Shown here in pieces: positions 48,595-57,496 of a DNA stretch of 64,000 nucleotides. Origin of the DNA: Cyclobacteriaceae bacterium (GTDB lineage Bacteria; Bacteroidota; Bacteroidia; Cytophagales; Cyclobacteriaceae); NCBI GenBank assembly GCA_044223825.1, contig JBGALO010000005.1, positions 68,802-132,801 of the forward strand, written 5' to 3'. The position numbers and the translations under genes were made by a program. Below the pieces are notes generated by a model. That model saw only the letters and a program-made list of their open reading frames with translations. It did not search any database and was not told the DNA's origin. Each line of letters starts with the position of its first letter. Within the stretch, counting starts at the first letter, position 1.

Positions 48595-49185
48595 ATGGCA
48601 ATTTTTATAAGAACATCCGGAGTCCGAACATTATATCTTATTTCATTCGTGTTTGCGGCCTGCGCTACACCGAATCGAAATCCGGAAAAATGCTTTACCC
48701 CGGAAGTCCAGAACAAAGTCATATCACAAAGCGTGAGATATTCAGCCAAACTTGCGCCACAGGCTACTCATGAAACCAGGTTTGACACTGCTTTTAATTG
48801 GTATTATAACCTTGCCGCAAAGGAGTATGATTTGCGTGCCTGCATGCAAGACCACGACAGCGGCTATTTCTTTTTGATGACAAGAAAGGCGAGGAGCATT
48901 TGGCCAGCACGTGAAGCAATCGGTGGAAAACTCAGACTGGACGATCAAAACAATCTTGTTGATTACCATGAAGCCTTTAGAACATGGAAAATGACTGAAG
49001 ACTCTCTTAATACACGGGCGTTTGAATTGTTCGATGTAATGGTCAAGGGAAAAGACCTTACGCCCTATCATGCAAAATTTCAGCGTGACCGCTACATTGA
49101 ATTTCCCGATGACCGCTCATTTTGGGATCCAAAGGAAAAACGTTGGCGTGATAGATTTCTTATTGATTCGCTGAGAGTGAATTGA
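48595..49185 (+). CDS. hypothetical (probable lipo)protein
   Basis: Hydrophobic LYLISFVFAAC lipobox-like segment and a coherent globular sequence; the start codon is uncertain. Confidence 0.65.
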   Translation: MAIFIRTSGVRTLYLISFVFAACATPNRNPEKCFTPEVQNKVISQSVRYSAKLAPQATHETRFDTAFNWYYNLAAKEYDLRACMQDHDSGYFFLMTRKARSIWPAREAIGGKLRLDDQNNLVDYHEAFRTWKMTEDSLNTRAFELFDVMVKGKDLTPYHAKFQRDRYIEFPDDRSFWDPKEKRWRDRFLIDSLRVN

Positions 49186-49263
49186 AGCAATACAAGGTTG
49201 GTTAATAATGCCTTTTTGTATCTAAAATGACCTTTTTTGACACATTATCTACGCATCATGTTC

Positions 49264-49319
49264 TTAAAGATTTGGTAACATAGGGAATCATTTTGGGTAA
49301 TACCGTCAAGGCACCTTTG
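49264..49319 (+). promoter_or_regulatory. TBDR2 promoter: 11-bp-phased repeats plus -7 box
   Basis: TTAAA (49264), GTAAC (49275), GTAAT (49297), CACCTTTG (49312); spacing is identical to the TBDR1 promoter. Confidence 0.78.
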
Positions 49320-49336
49320 TGGCAAAATTTACCCAT

Positions 49337-52300
49337 ATGAGAAGGACGAGGAGGAATGTCTTTTATGCTGTTTGTGCGCTTACACTGATCATTACACCTT
49401 TGTTTGGCCAGGTCACGACCAGTTCGGTCACTGGAAGGATCATCGACTCCAAAGGAGAAAGCTTGCCAGGCGCCACCGTGCAACTGGTGTACAAGCCCAC
49501 GAATACAAATTTTGGCGTTGCCACAAATGCAGAAGGACGGTTTAATATCGCCAACCTTCCTCCTGGTGGACCTTACGATGTCATGGTGTCTTTCGTTGGT
49601 TACTTGCCGCAAAGCCAGAATGATGTGACACTAAGACTTGGCGAGGCTCACATTCTGAACTTTACCCTTCAGGATGAAACCCAGCAGTTAGGCGAAGTAG
49701 TTGTAGTCGGTGTATTGACAGATGCTACTGAGAAAATAGGTACAGGTAACAGCGTTGGAAAATCCCAGATTCAAACTTTGCCCACGTTGAGTCGCAGCTT
49801 TTCGGACTTCACCAGGCTAACACCACAAGTGAGCAACAACTCTTTTGCAGGCACAAGTTTCAGATATAACAACATTACACTCGACGGCGCAATAAACAAT
49901 GATGCAATTGGCTTCAGTCCTTCCCTCGGTGGTGTAAGTGGAACAGCCAACCAACCCGGCAGCAGTACCCGGACCAATTCATTCAGCCTTGACGCCATCC
50001 AGGAAGTGCAGGTTCAGATAGCACCTTACGACGTAACGCTTGGGAATTTCACAGGCGGAAGTGTCAACGCTGTATCGCGTAGTGGCAGTAACACTGTGTC
50101 AGGTTCAGTTTATGGGTTTGGTAGAAATGCCTCGATCACCGGCAAATACAAGGGTAGTGACAAGGTTGGCGACGGGTCGATTGACAACACCTATTCAGAC
50201 TATCAGACTGGTGTTCGCATCGGTCTTCCGATCATCAAGGACAAATTATTTTTGTTCACCAATGAAGAGGTGACTAATAGCCAGATGCCGCTTTTCTTTC
50301 CTGCAGGAGCGCCGGGCTACTTTATGACCACCGATATCGCGAATCAAATTAAGAACAAGCTAGCCACACTGCCCGTAAGCGCGTACAATCCTACCGGTGG
50401 TTATGACGCCGGCGCAACAACGGACTACAGTATTTATTCGAAAAGCAGAAAGTTCTTTAACAGGATTGACTGGATCATCAACAAAAATCACCAGTTAGCT
50501 ATTCGTAATAACTCTGTTATTTCAGAAGCAACAAACCTTGAGCGATCAACCAACGAGTTTCAGTTCGGCAACTACGACTTCCTCCAGAAAAATACTAATA
50601 TCAGTACCGTGGCGGAATTGAAGAGCCGCTTCGGAAATGCAGCCAGCAACAGCCTTATTGTCGGCTATACAGATATCAAAGACAGTCGCGACCCACTTGG
50701 CACGATATTCCCCCAAATTCAAATCAACGGTATCGGCAGTGGCCGCGCGTTGATAGGAACAAATCGCGAGGCCGGCATTTTCAACATGCGTCAAAAGACT
50801 TTCGAAGTGACCGACAACTTCCGGTTTTTCGCTGGCAAGCACACATACACCATTGGCACACACAATGAATTCTACAACATCGATTACAATTTTATTAACT
50901 CGTGGAACGGCCGCTATGATTATGCAAGTCTTGCAAGTTTCCTTGCAGACACGCCATCCAGGATGAGAGCGATCTATAATCCTGCAGACAACACGCGCGA
51001 CGTCAACCTTTCCAGCTCACCTGCCAAATTCAACATAGCGATGCTGAGCTTCTATATGCAGGATGAATTGGCGGTTAATGATAAGTTCAGGTTGACCTAC
51101 GGTTTGAGAGGAGATATGACATTGCTTCCTTCAGGTCCGGATGCAAGCGGGCAAAAGAATTTTCCAGCCAATCCGGCCAACTACGGAACGACCTACGATT
51201 ATGGAACCCCTGTTCCTCAAATTGGAAGCCAGTACTTTAGTCAACTGTATGTCTCTCCAAGAGTTGGATTCAACTACGACGTTAAGGGAGATCAAAGCGT
51301 GATCGTTCGTGGAGGATCTGGGATCTTCACTGGAAGAATTCCTTTCGCATGGCTGGGTTATGCCTTTTATAATAATGGAGTCTCTTACGGTGCAATGGAC
51401 TTGAATCCTCCCAAGGCCGGCACTCCTATTCCAACTGACCCTACGAAATTTCAAGCTTTTGCTGCAGCAAATGGCTCCAAGAACAGAACAGAGCTTGACG
51501 TTATCGACAAGAACTTCCAGATGCCAAGGGCATGGAGAAGCAACCTCGCAGTGGACTTTAAACTAGGTAATGGCTACGGATTGACTTTGGAAGCGCTTTA
51601 TACCCAGGTCATCAAGGATGTTCAAATCAAGCAAATCAATCTTAAGGACTCCGTGTACTACGCTCCGAATGATGTAAATAAGCAGCAGCCTCTTTACTTG
51701 TCGTCATCGACGGCTACCGGAACATCGAACCGCGTGAGCAACAACTTCTCCAGCGTCTATCTGATTACGAACACCAATCTGGGAAGCCGTTATCAGTTGA
51801 CTGCGAAAATGACGAAGGAGTTTAAATCCGGGTTGAGCATCATGGCAGCTTACACTTACGGTCAATCAAAGGATATCCTCAACGGTATCCGCAACTCGCC
51901 TGAGTCTGGTTGGCAGTTGAATCAGGCTTTGAATCCAAATAACCCTGGTCTCACATATTCAAACTTTGATATCCGTCACCGGATTGTTTCCTCTATTCAA
52001 TACAAAAAGACCTGGGCAAAGAGAACAACTTCCTATGCTTCTCTTATCTACACTTCTCAGTCAGGTTCACCCTTTACCTATGCGATCACTTCCAGCAACA
52101 ACCTGACGAGAAACGGTCAGCAAATCGACATGTTCTTTATACCTGCATCGTCAGATCAAATCAACCTGGTTAACAGGGTAAATGCTGATGGGTCGATTAC
52201 AACGCCTGCTCAGCAGTATCAAGAGTTGGATAATTTCATAAAGAGCGATAGCTATCTGAACAGTCACAGAGGTCAATTTGCAGAAAGAAATGGTGCGAGG

Positions 52301-52615
52301 ACGCCATGGAACAATCAACTCGACCTTCGATTGATGCAGGATTTTAACTTCTCTGTGGGCGGTGGAAAAATGAACACCATCCAGGTAAGTTTTGATATAA
52401 TCAACTTGTCGAATCTGATAAACAAGGATTGGGGAGTCGTTTACTATACACCAAATACGCTGAACTCTTCTGTCGACGTTGGCTTAAGGGTTACCCGGGC
52501 AGCCACTTCAACAGCGGCACCCACTTACACGTTTACCACACCCGGCGCGACTTACTCCATCGACCAATTCAGTTCAAGGTGGCAGGGTCAGTTAGGAGTC
52601 AGGTATATCTTCTAA
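49337..52615 (+). CDS. Oar-like TonB-dependent receptor with carboxypeptidase regulatory-like N-domain
   Basis: GESLPGATV, GRFNIANLPPGGPY, LPTLSRSFSDFTRLTPQ, NITLDGAINND, GNFTGGSVNAVSRSGSN, FAERNGARTPW and C-terminal RWQGQLGVRYIF. Start set at ATG 49337 because the track's GTG overlaps the -7 box. Confidence 0.93.
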   Translation: MRRTRRNVFYAVCALTLIITPLFGQVTTSSVTGRIIDSKGESLPGATVQLVYKPTNTNFGVATNAEGRFNIANLPPGGPYDVMVSFVGYLPQSQNDVTLRLGEAHILNFTLQDETQQLGEVVVVGVLTDATEKIGTGNSVGKSQIQTLPTLSRSFSDFTRLTPQVSNNSFAGTSFRYNNITLDGAINNDAIGFSPSLGGVSGTANQPGSSTRTNSFSLDAIQEVQVQIAPYDVTLGNFTGGSVNAVSRSGSNTVSGSVYGFGRNASITGKYKGSDKVGDGSIDNTYSDYQTGVRIGLPIIKDKLFLFTNEEVTNSQMPLFFPAGAPGYFMTTDIANQIKNKLATLPVSAYNPTGGYDAGATTDYSIYSKSRKFFNRIDWIINKNHQLAIRNNSVISEATNLERSTNEFQFGNYDFLQKNTNISTVAELKSRFGNAASNSLIVGYTDIKDSRDPLGTIFPQIQINGIGSGRALIGTNREAGIFNMRQKTFEVTDNFRFFAGKHTYTIGTHNEFYNIDYNFINSWNGRYDYASLASFLADTPSRMRAIYNPADNTRDVNLSSSPAKFNIAMLSFYMQDELAVNDKFRLTYGLRGDMTLLPSGPDASGQKNFPANPANYGTTYDYGTPVPQIGSQYFSQLYVSPRVGFNYDVKGDQSVIVRGGSGIFTGRIPFAWLGYAFYNNGVSYGAMDLNPPKAGTPIPTDPTKFQAFAAANGSKNRTELDVIDKNFQMPRAWRSNLAVDFKLGNGYGLTLEALYTQVIKDVQIKQINLKDSVYYAPNDVNKQQPLYLSSSTATGTSNRVSNNFSSVYLITNTNLGSRYQLTAKMTKEFKSGLSIMAAYTYGQSKDILNGIRNSPESGWQLNQALNPNNPGLTYSNFDIRHRIVSSIQYKKTWAKRTTSYASLIYTSQSGSPFTYAITSSNNLTRNGQQIDMFFIPASSDQINLVNRVNADGSITTPAQQYQELDNFIKSDSYLNSHRGQFAERNGARTPWNNQLDLRLMQDFNFSVGGGKMNTIQVSFDIINLSNLINKDWGVVYYTPNTLNSSVDVGLRVTRAATSTAAPTYTFTTPGATYSIDQFSSRWQGQLGVRYIF

Positions 52616-52659
52616 ATAATCTTCAACCGAAAAACACGCTCCTCCGTGGTGTCGATAAT

Positions 52660-52723
52660 CATAGCCCGGGGTTTAAACCTCGGGCTATGTGTTTAAATGA
52701 CATGCAATGGGGTTTTTACCCCA
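52660..52723. repeat. REP-like palindrome pair
   Basis: CATAGCCCGGGGTTTAAACCTCGGGCTATG (30 bp, one mismatch) plus TGGGGTTTTTACCCCA, between convergent genes. Confidence 0.8.
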
Positions 52724-52736
52724 AATAACACCGCCG

Positions 52737-53429
52737 TTAATTCACCTTTCTTTGTCGCTCCCTGTGAAGCTCTATTACTTTTTGAATCTGCTCGCCGGCT
52801 AGTTTCACAGAATCCTGTGACTTCTTGTTGTTGATGATCTTTTGGTCGAGCACAAGCTTCTCGAGCTTATTTGTTTCCAGGTTTTTTTCAAGTTGAATTT
52901 TTTCCTGCGCGTTGTTGGTCAACCTCAGGTTCAGGTTTTTATTTTCATTAACCAACCTTTGTTGTTGCCGGGTCACGGCCTCACTTGCGCGAATCGCCTC
53001 ATCGATCTGAGCCTGGATCTTATCACGATAAAACTTAACACCAAATTGGTAAACGAGCTTTTCAATCTGTCCTTCCACGATTTTGATGTCGTTTACTGTC
53101 CACTCCTCCGCCTTAATGCCCATCCAGACTGAAGTTTTCTCTTCGTTTCCATCGGCAATCACATATAAGATGCCCGTTTGATAAACTGTTCCGCCCATGG
53201 CAGGGCCTTCTATATACTGGTAATTGCTTCCTGAACGAACTTTTCCGAGGTCTTTTAGAAACCGATTCAAGGCTGTAGTGACTTTATCCTGACTTCCCTC
53301 CAACGTAGTGCCATAGCCATCTGCTGCATCTCCTTTTATCTTATCGCCCTTCTTATTCACTGTGACTTTTTGAGAAAAAGCGAAAGTGGTGATGCATAGC
53401 GCGAGAAGTACCGTAAACTTTTTCATCAT
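52737..53429 (-). CDS. exported coiled-coil hypothetical protein
   Basis: Signal peptide MMKKFTVLLALCITTFAFS; long heptad-rich C-terminal half. Confidence 0.72.
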   Translation of the reverse strand: MMKKFTVLLALCITTFAFSQKVTVNKKGDKIKGDAADGYGTTLEGSQDKVTTALNRFLKDLGKVRSGSNYQYIEGPAMGGTVYQTGILYVIADGNEEKTSVWMGIKAEEWTVNDIKIVEGQIEKLVYQFGVKFYRDKIQAQIDEAIRASEAVTRQQQRLVNENKNLNLRLTNNAQEKIQLEKNLETNKLEKLVLDQKIINNKKSQDSVKLAGEQIQKVIELHRERQRKVN

Positions 53430-53432
53430 TGA

Positions 53433-54377
53433 TTGGTTATCTTACACAAAGATGATTTAAAAAATATTGTTTTGGCAATCTCTGTTTTGATCACCGGTGC
53501 ATCTGGATTAGTTGGCTCGCGCCTGACTGACTTGCTTATTGAAAAGGGCTTCCAGGTATCTCATCTCGGGCGTTCAAAGAAACTGGAACGCGTTCCATCA
53601 TTTGTGTGGGATGTCGATAAGGGTACAATGGACGAAGACGCATTGCGTGGCGTTCAAGTTGTTATACACCTTGCCGGTGCAGGTGTGGCGGAAAAGCGGT
53701 GGACAGACAAAAGAAAACGCGAGATTCTTGAAAGCCGCACGAAGTCGTCTGAATTGCTTTTCAAAACGCTTCAGAACTCAACGCATCCTGTGAAGGCTGT
53801 CATCTCAGCTTCAGCGATCGGTTATTACGGTAGTACATTAAGTGATAAGGTGTTTAAAGAGGATGATGATGCAGGTGGTGACTTCCTTGCTGGAGTGGTC
53901 AACGCGTGGGAAAAATCGGTGGAGAAAATATCTTCGCTTGGTATAAGAGTGGCCCGTATAAGGATAGGGATAGTTCTTGCTAAGGAAGGCGGCGCGTTGA
54001 AAAAAATGGCAAGACCTGTAAAACTTTTTGTGGGCTCACCACTCGGGACAGGCAACCAGATCGTGAGCTGGATCCACATCGATGACCTTTGTGGAATATT
54101 TATCAAAGCAATTGAAGATGATTCTATGGCCGGTGCTTACAACGCTGTGGCGCCGCATCCGGCATCAAATCGCGAAATGACCAAAGAGATAGCAAACGTG
54201 TTGAAACGGCCGATCATCTTTCCACCTGTCCCCACATTTTTGCTGCGCATCATTCTGGGAGAAATGGTTGACGCAGTGGTCAAAGGGAGCAATGTCTCAG
54301 CGGAAAGAATCTTGAAAGCCGGATTTCGCTTTAGATTCGAAAATCTGCGCGATGCGCTGGCAGATTGTTTGAAATGA
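53433..54377 (+). CDS. TIGR01777 family NAD-dependent epimerase/oxidoreductase (YfcH-like)
   Basis: ITGASGLVG, HLAGAGVAEKRW, SASAIGYYG, RIGIVL and SWIHIDD motifs; the start is uncertain. Confidence 0.9.
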   Translation: MVILHKDDLKNIVLAISVLITGASGLVGSRLTDLLIEKGFQVSHLGRSKKLERVPSFVWDVDKGTMDEDALRGVQVVIHLAGAGVAEKRWTDKRKREILESRTKSSELLFKTLQNSTHPVKAVISASAIGYYGSTLSDKVFKEDDDAGGDFLAGVVNAWEKSVEKISSLGIRVARIRIGIVLAKEGGALKKMARPVKLFVGSPLGTGNQIVSWIHIDDLCGIFIKAIEDDSMAGAYNAVAPHPASNREMTKEIANVLKRPIIFPPVPTFLLRIILGEMVDAVVKGSNVSAERILKAGFRFRFENLRDALADCLK

Positions 54378-54388
54378 TTACACAGGAC

Positions 54389-54401
54389 GCTCCTACGGAG
54401 C
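54389..54401. repeat. short intergenic hairpin GCTCCTACGGAGC
   Basis: 5-bp stem with a TAC loop, preceded by ACAGGAC, 12 bp after a stop codon; resembles REP-type repeats. Confidence 0.45.
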
Positions 54402-54505
54402 TTGAATACAAATTAACCCACGTGACTAAACACAGAACGCGCCGATGGCGCTTGTCTGGAAAGCGTAGGAAAATTGTACAAGGAGTGGAAGTACGCTTTA
54501 GTCGA

Positions 54506-55606
54506 TTATTCAGCAACAGCTACAGCGATTCGCGAATCTGCAGTGCCGTAATACAGAAACCATTTACCCTTGAAACGCACCATTCCCTCTGCAAAGCAAA
54601 CTCTATTGACCTGGCCTGTGATTTCGTAGGGCTTGTCAGGCATAAGAAAATTTTTCTCAAGCCTCTTAATCATGACGGATGGATTGATTTTGTCGAATAA
54701 TGCTTGCCCCATACAATACGCACCTTGCGGAATCGCCGGATCGCCGCCTTGTTCTAGATTCATTCCGTTATATATCAACAAGATTCCTGCCTCGGTGACC
54801 AATGCAGAAGGCCCGCTCTCGACGAGGCGACTGTCAAAATATCCAGGCCGCGGTTTGAGTACTGATTTGAGTTTGCCATTCTCTAGCACAGGCTTCCAAT
54901 GAATAAGATCTTCTGAAGTTGCCATGAACAGATCGGTATCGCCCCAATACATCCAATAGTATCCACTGATCCTTGCGGCGACAATCCTTCCGCCTTTTTC
55001 TTCCGCTACAATTGACCCGGATTTACTCCAGGTATCTTTGTGCTCGTCGGTTAAAACTAGCCCACGTTTAATCCAATGGGTTAGATCTTTTGAAGTTGCC
55101 AAACAAAGCCGTGCGAGCTTGCCATCGTAGGCCGTGTAGGTCATGATGTACGTGGTATCTTCACTTTCGACAATGCGTGGATCTTCAATGCCACCTTCCC
55201 ACTCATAAATTTTCATGTCATCGTTTTGTGGATACAAGACGGGCTCTGGATGCTTAGAGAAATGAAAACCATCGGTGCTTGACGCAAGTCCGATGCGGGA
55301 AGTGCCAGCAAATTTTCCAATGGTGTCTTCGGCACGAAACAACAAATAGATCTTCCCATCCCGCACGACAGCTGCCGGATTGAACACATCTTTTTTATCC
55401 CACATTACCTTTTGATTTAGCACGGGACAAAGAAATTGATTTGTGTCTGGCTTCAGCACCGGGTTGATACTGTCGACCTTTGAAAATGCAGTTATCGCCC
55501 AGTCATCGTGAGCCACTGATTTTCTCTCGGTGCAATACATGAGGATCAGCGAATAAAGAGAACATGTTGCGACCGCAGCGAGCCTTCGAACATTGATATT
55601 GTGCAT
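54506..55606 (-). CDS. glycoside hydrolase family 130-like protein (5-bladed propeller)
   Basis: VFNPAA, LLFRAED, SRIGLASS.DG, GGIEDPRI, YTAYDG, WSKSGS and VCFAEG motifs; N-terminal export signal. Confidence 0.85.
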   Translation of the reverse strand: MHNINVRRLAAVATCSLYSLILMYCTERKSVAHDDWAITAFSKVDSINPVLKPDTNQFLCPVLNQKVMWDKKDVFNPAAVVRDGKIYLLFRAEDTIGKFAGTSRIGLASSTDGFHFSKHPEPVLYPQNDDMKIYEWEGGIEDPRIVESEDTTYIMTYTAYDGKLARLCLATSKDLTHWIKRGLVLTDEHKDTWSKSGSIVAEEKGGRIVAARISGYYWMYWGDTDLFMATSEDLIHWKPVLENGKLKSVLKPRPGYFDSRLVESGPSALVTEAGILLIYNGMNLEQGGDPAIPQGAYCMGQALFDKINPSVMIKRLEKNFLMPDKPYEITGQVNRVCFAEGMVRFKGKWFLYYGTADSRIAVAVAE

Positions 55607-55644
55607 TTTTCTATCTTCGACTTTGATTTATGAAGTTATAAACT

Positions 55645-56403
55645 ATGGCAACGAAAACGAAGAAGAAAAAGAACGGTGAGGAACTGATCAAACAGGCATT
55701 AGAAGAAGAACATAGAATCAGAAAAGCATTCAAAGACAAGGATTGGGCAGAGATCAAGAGTTCTGACTCATGGGTGATATTCAAAGTCATGAGTGAATTT
55801 GTGGAAGGATTTGAAAAGCTCGCCAAGATCGGACCATGTGTTACTATTTTCGGATCTGCCCGGGTGAAAGCCGGACACCCATATTATAAAACCGCTGAGG
55901 AAATTGCATACAAGCTAGTCCAGCACGGTTACGGCGTTGTTACCGGTGGTGGACCTGGTATCATGGAGGCAGGAAATAAAGGCGCTAATCGCGCAGGTGG
56001 AAAGTCGGTAGGTCTCAACATTTATTTGCCGCATGAACAAAAAGGCAATCCCTACATTGATGCCGACAAGCTGATCACCTTTGATTACTTTTTTGTTCGA
56101 AAAGTGATGTTTGTAAAATATTCTCAAGGTTTCATCGTGATGCCTGGGGGATTTGGTACGATGGACGAGCTTACAGAGGCATTGACCCTGATTCAAACCA
56201 AAAAGATCGGGCGATTCCCGATTGTGCTCGTCGGTAAGAAATTCTGGCATGGCATGATCGACTGGATCAAGAAAGTTCTCGTCGAAGAAGCCATGGTACA
56301 CCCGGACGACTTGTACCTGTTCAATGTTGTGGACACACCTGCCGATGCCGTTAAAGTAATTGACGATTTCTACGCTAAGTATTTGTTGTCGCCGAACTTT
56401 TGA
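55645..56403 (+). CDS. LOG family protein (TIGR00730)
   Basis: IFGSAR, TGGGPGIMEAGN, FFVRKVMF and PGGFGTMDE motifs. Confidence 0.93.
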   Translation: MATKTKKKKNGEELIKQALEEEHRIRKAFKDKDWAEIKSSDSWVIFKVMSEFVEGFEKLAKIGPCVTIFGSARVKAGHPYYKTAEEIAYKLVQHGYGVVTGGGPGIMEAGNKGANRAGGKSVGLNIYLPHEQKGNPYIDADKLITFDYFFVRKVMFVKYSQGFIVMPGGFGTMDELTEALTLIQTKKIGRFPIVLVGKKFWHGMIDWIKKVLVEEAMVHPDDLYLFNVVDTPADAVKVIDDFYAKYLLSPNF

Positions 56404-57347
56404 TGAAAGACCTGTCGCTTTTTGTTTCGCTGGGAACACTCGTTATTCTGTTGGGGTATATCACTTACCGCGGTGGAACGGACCATATCGAAAAAGGAGC
56501 GATCTCAGACGAAGAAGTTGCGTTGGATAACATCGAGGAGGAAACCGAAGATGCGTTTCCGGTTCCGGCAATCTCATTGGATCTCCCTACCGAAGCGTCT
56601 TTTGCAGGCGAGCCTGTTCCATTGAACGATCCCGATGTTAAGGAGCGCCTCGATCGTGAGATACAGGTAAACACCTACACACACAGCAACACACTTTTTC
56701 TTATCAAGCGTGCGAATCGCTGGCTTCCACAAATCGATTCGATCCTCGATAAAAACGGAATACCAGATGATTTCAAATATCTGCCGCTGATCGAGTCGGC
56801 ACTGATTAATGATGTTTCTCCTAAAGAGGCGGTTGGATTTTGGCAGATATTGAAAGGCTCCGGCAAAGAACTTGGACTTGAAGTCACTAAAGAAGTCGAC
56901 GAGCGTTATGATCCGTTGAAGTCAACTGAGGCCGCATGCAAATATCTCAAACAAGCCTATGCAAGGTTCGGCAACTGGACGTTGGCTGCAGCGTCTTACA
57001 ACCGCGGTCAGTTCGGGCTCGACAAGTCAGTGGAGAATCAACAGGTAAAAAGTTACTATGATCTGTATCTCAATGACGAAACTGCGCGATACGTTTTCAG
57101 AATCCTTGCCATCAAAGAGATCATTGAACATCCGCGTAAATACGGATTTATCACGCAGGAGAGTCACTTGTACAATAGAGAACCGGTGCGTCACGTGCGT
57201 GTAACCGAGACGATCAAGAATCTCATCACATTTGCGAAGCAGGAAGGAATTAATTACAAGCTTCTCAAACGTCACAACCCCTGGCTCCGTGATGATAAGC
57301 TTACTGTAAAAAAAGGAAAGAGTTACTCAATCGCCATCCCGCTATAA
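56400..57347 (+). CDS. lytic transglycosylase (SLT domain, MltD-like)
   Basis: YLPLIESAL (catalytic Glu), AVGFWQ, VDERYD, LAAASYNRG and ETARYVFRILA motifs. Confidence 0.92.
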   Translation: MMKDLSLFVSLGTLVILLGYITYRGGTDHIEKGAISDEEVALDNIEEETEDAFPVPAISLDLPTEASFAGEPVPLNDPDVKERLDREIQVNTYTHSNTLFLIKRANRWLPQIDSILDKNGIPDDFKYLPLIESALINDVSPKEAVGFWQILKGSGKELGLEVTKEVDERYDPLKSTEAACKYLKQAYARFGNWTLAAASYNRGQFGLDKSVENQQVKSYYDLYLNDETARYVFRILAIKEIIEHPRKYGFITQESHLYNREPVRHVRVTETIKNLITFAKQEGINYKLLKRHNPWLRDDKLTVKKGKSYSIAIPL

Positions 57348-57408
57348 CGTCTCACAGGTACAGATTAAGTTGGGATCACGCAAACACACGGTTAACCTAA
57401 CCAGCAAC

Positions 57409-57485
57409 TAGAATCCAGAATCCAGAACCCAGAACACAGAACTTAGAACACAGAACTTAGAACACAGAACTTAGAACTCAGAACC
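57409..57485. repeat. tandem array of 11 heptamers (YAGAAYN)
   Basis: TAGAATC CAGAATC CAGAACC CAGAACA CAGAACT TAGAACA CAGAACT TAGAACA CAGAACT TAGAACT CAGAACC. Confidence 0.93.
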
Positions 57486-57496
57486 CACCACCCATC

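Noticed and set aside
57409-57485. Repeat array as CRISPR
   Set aside because: Contiguous 7-bp units with no unique spacers and no cas genes.
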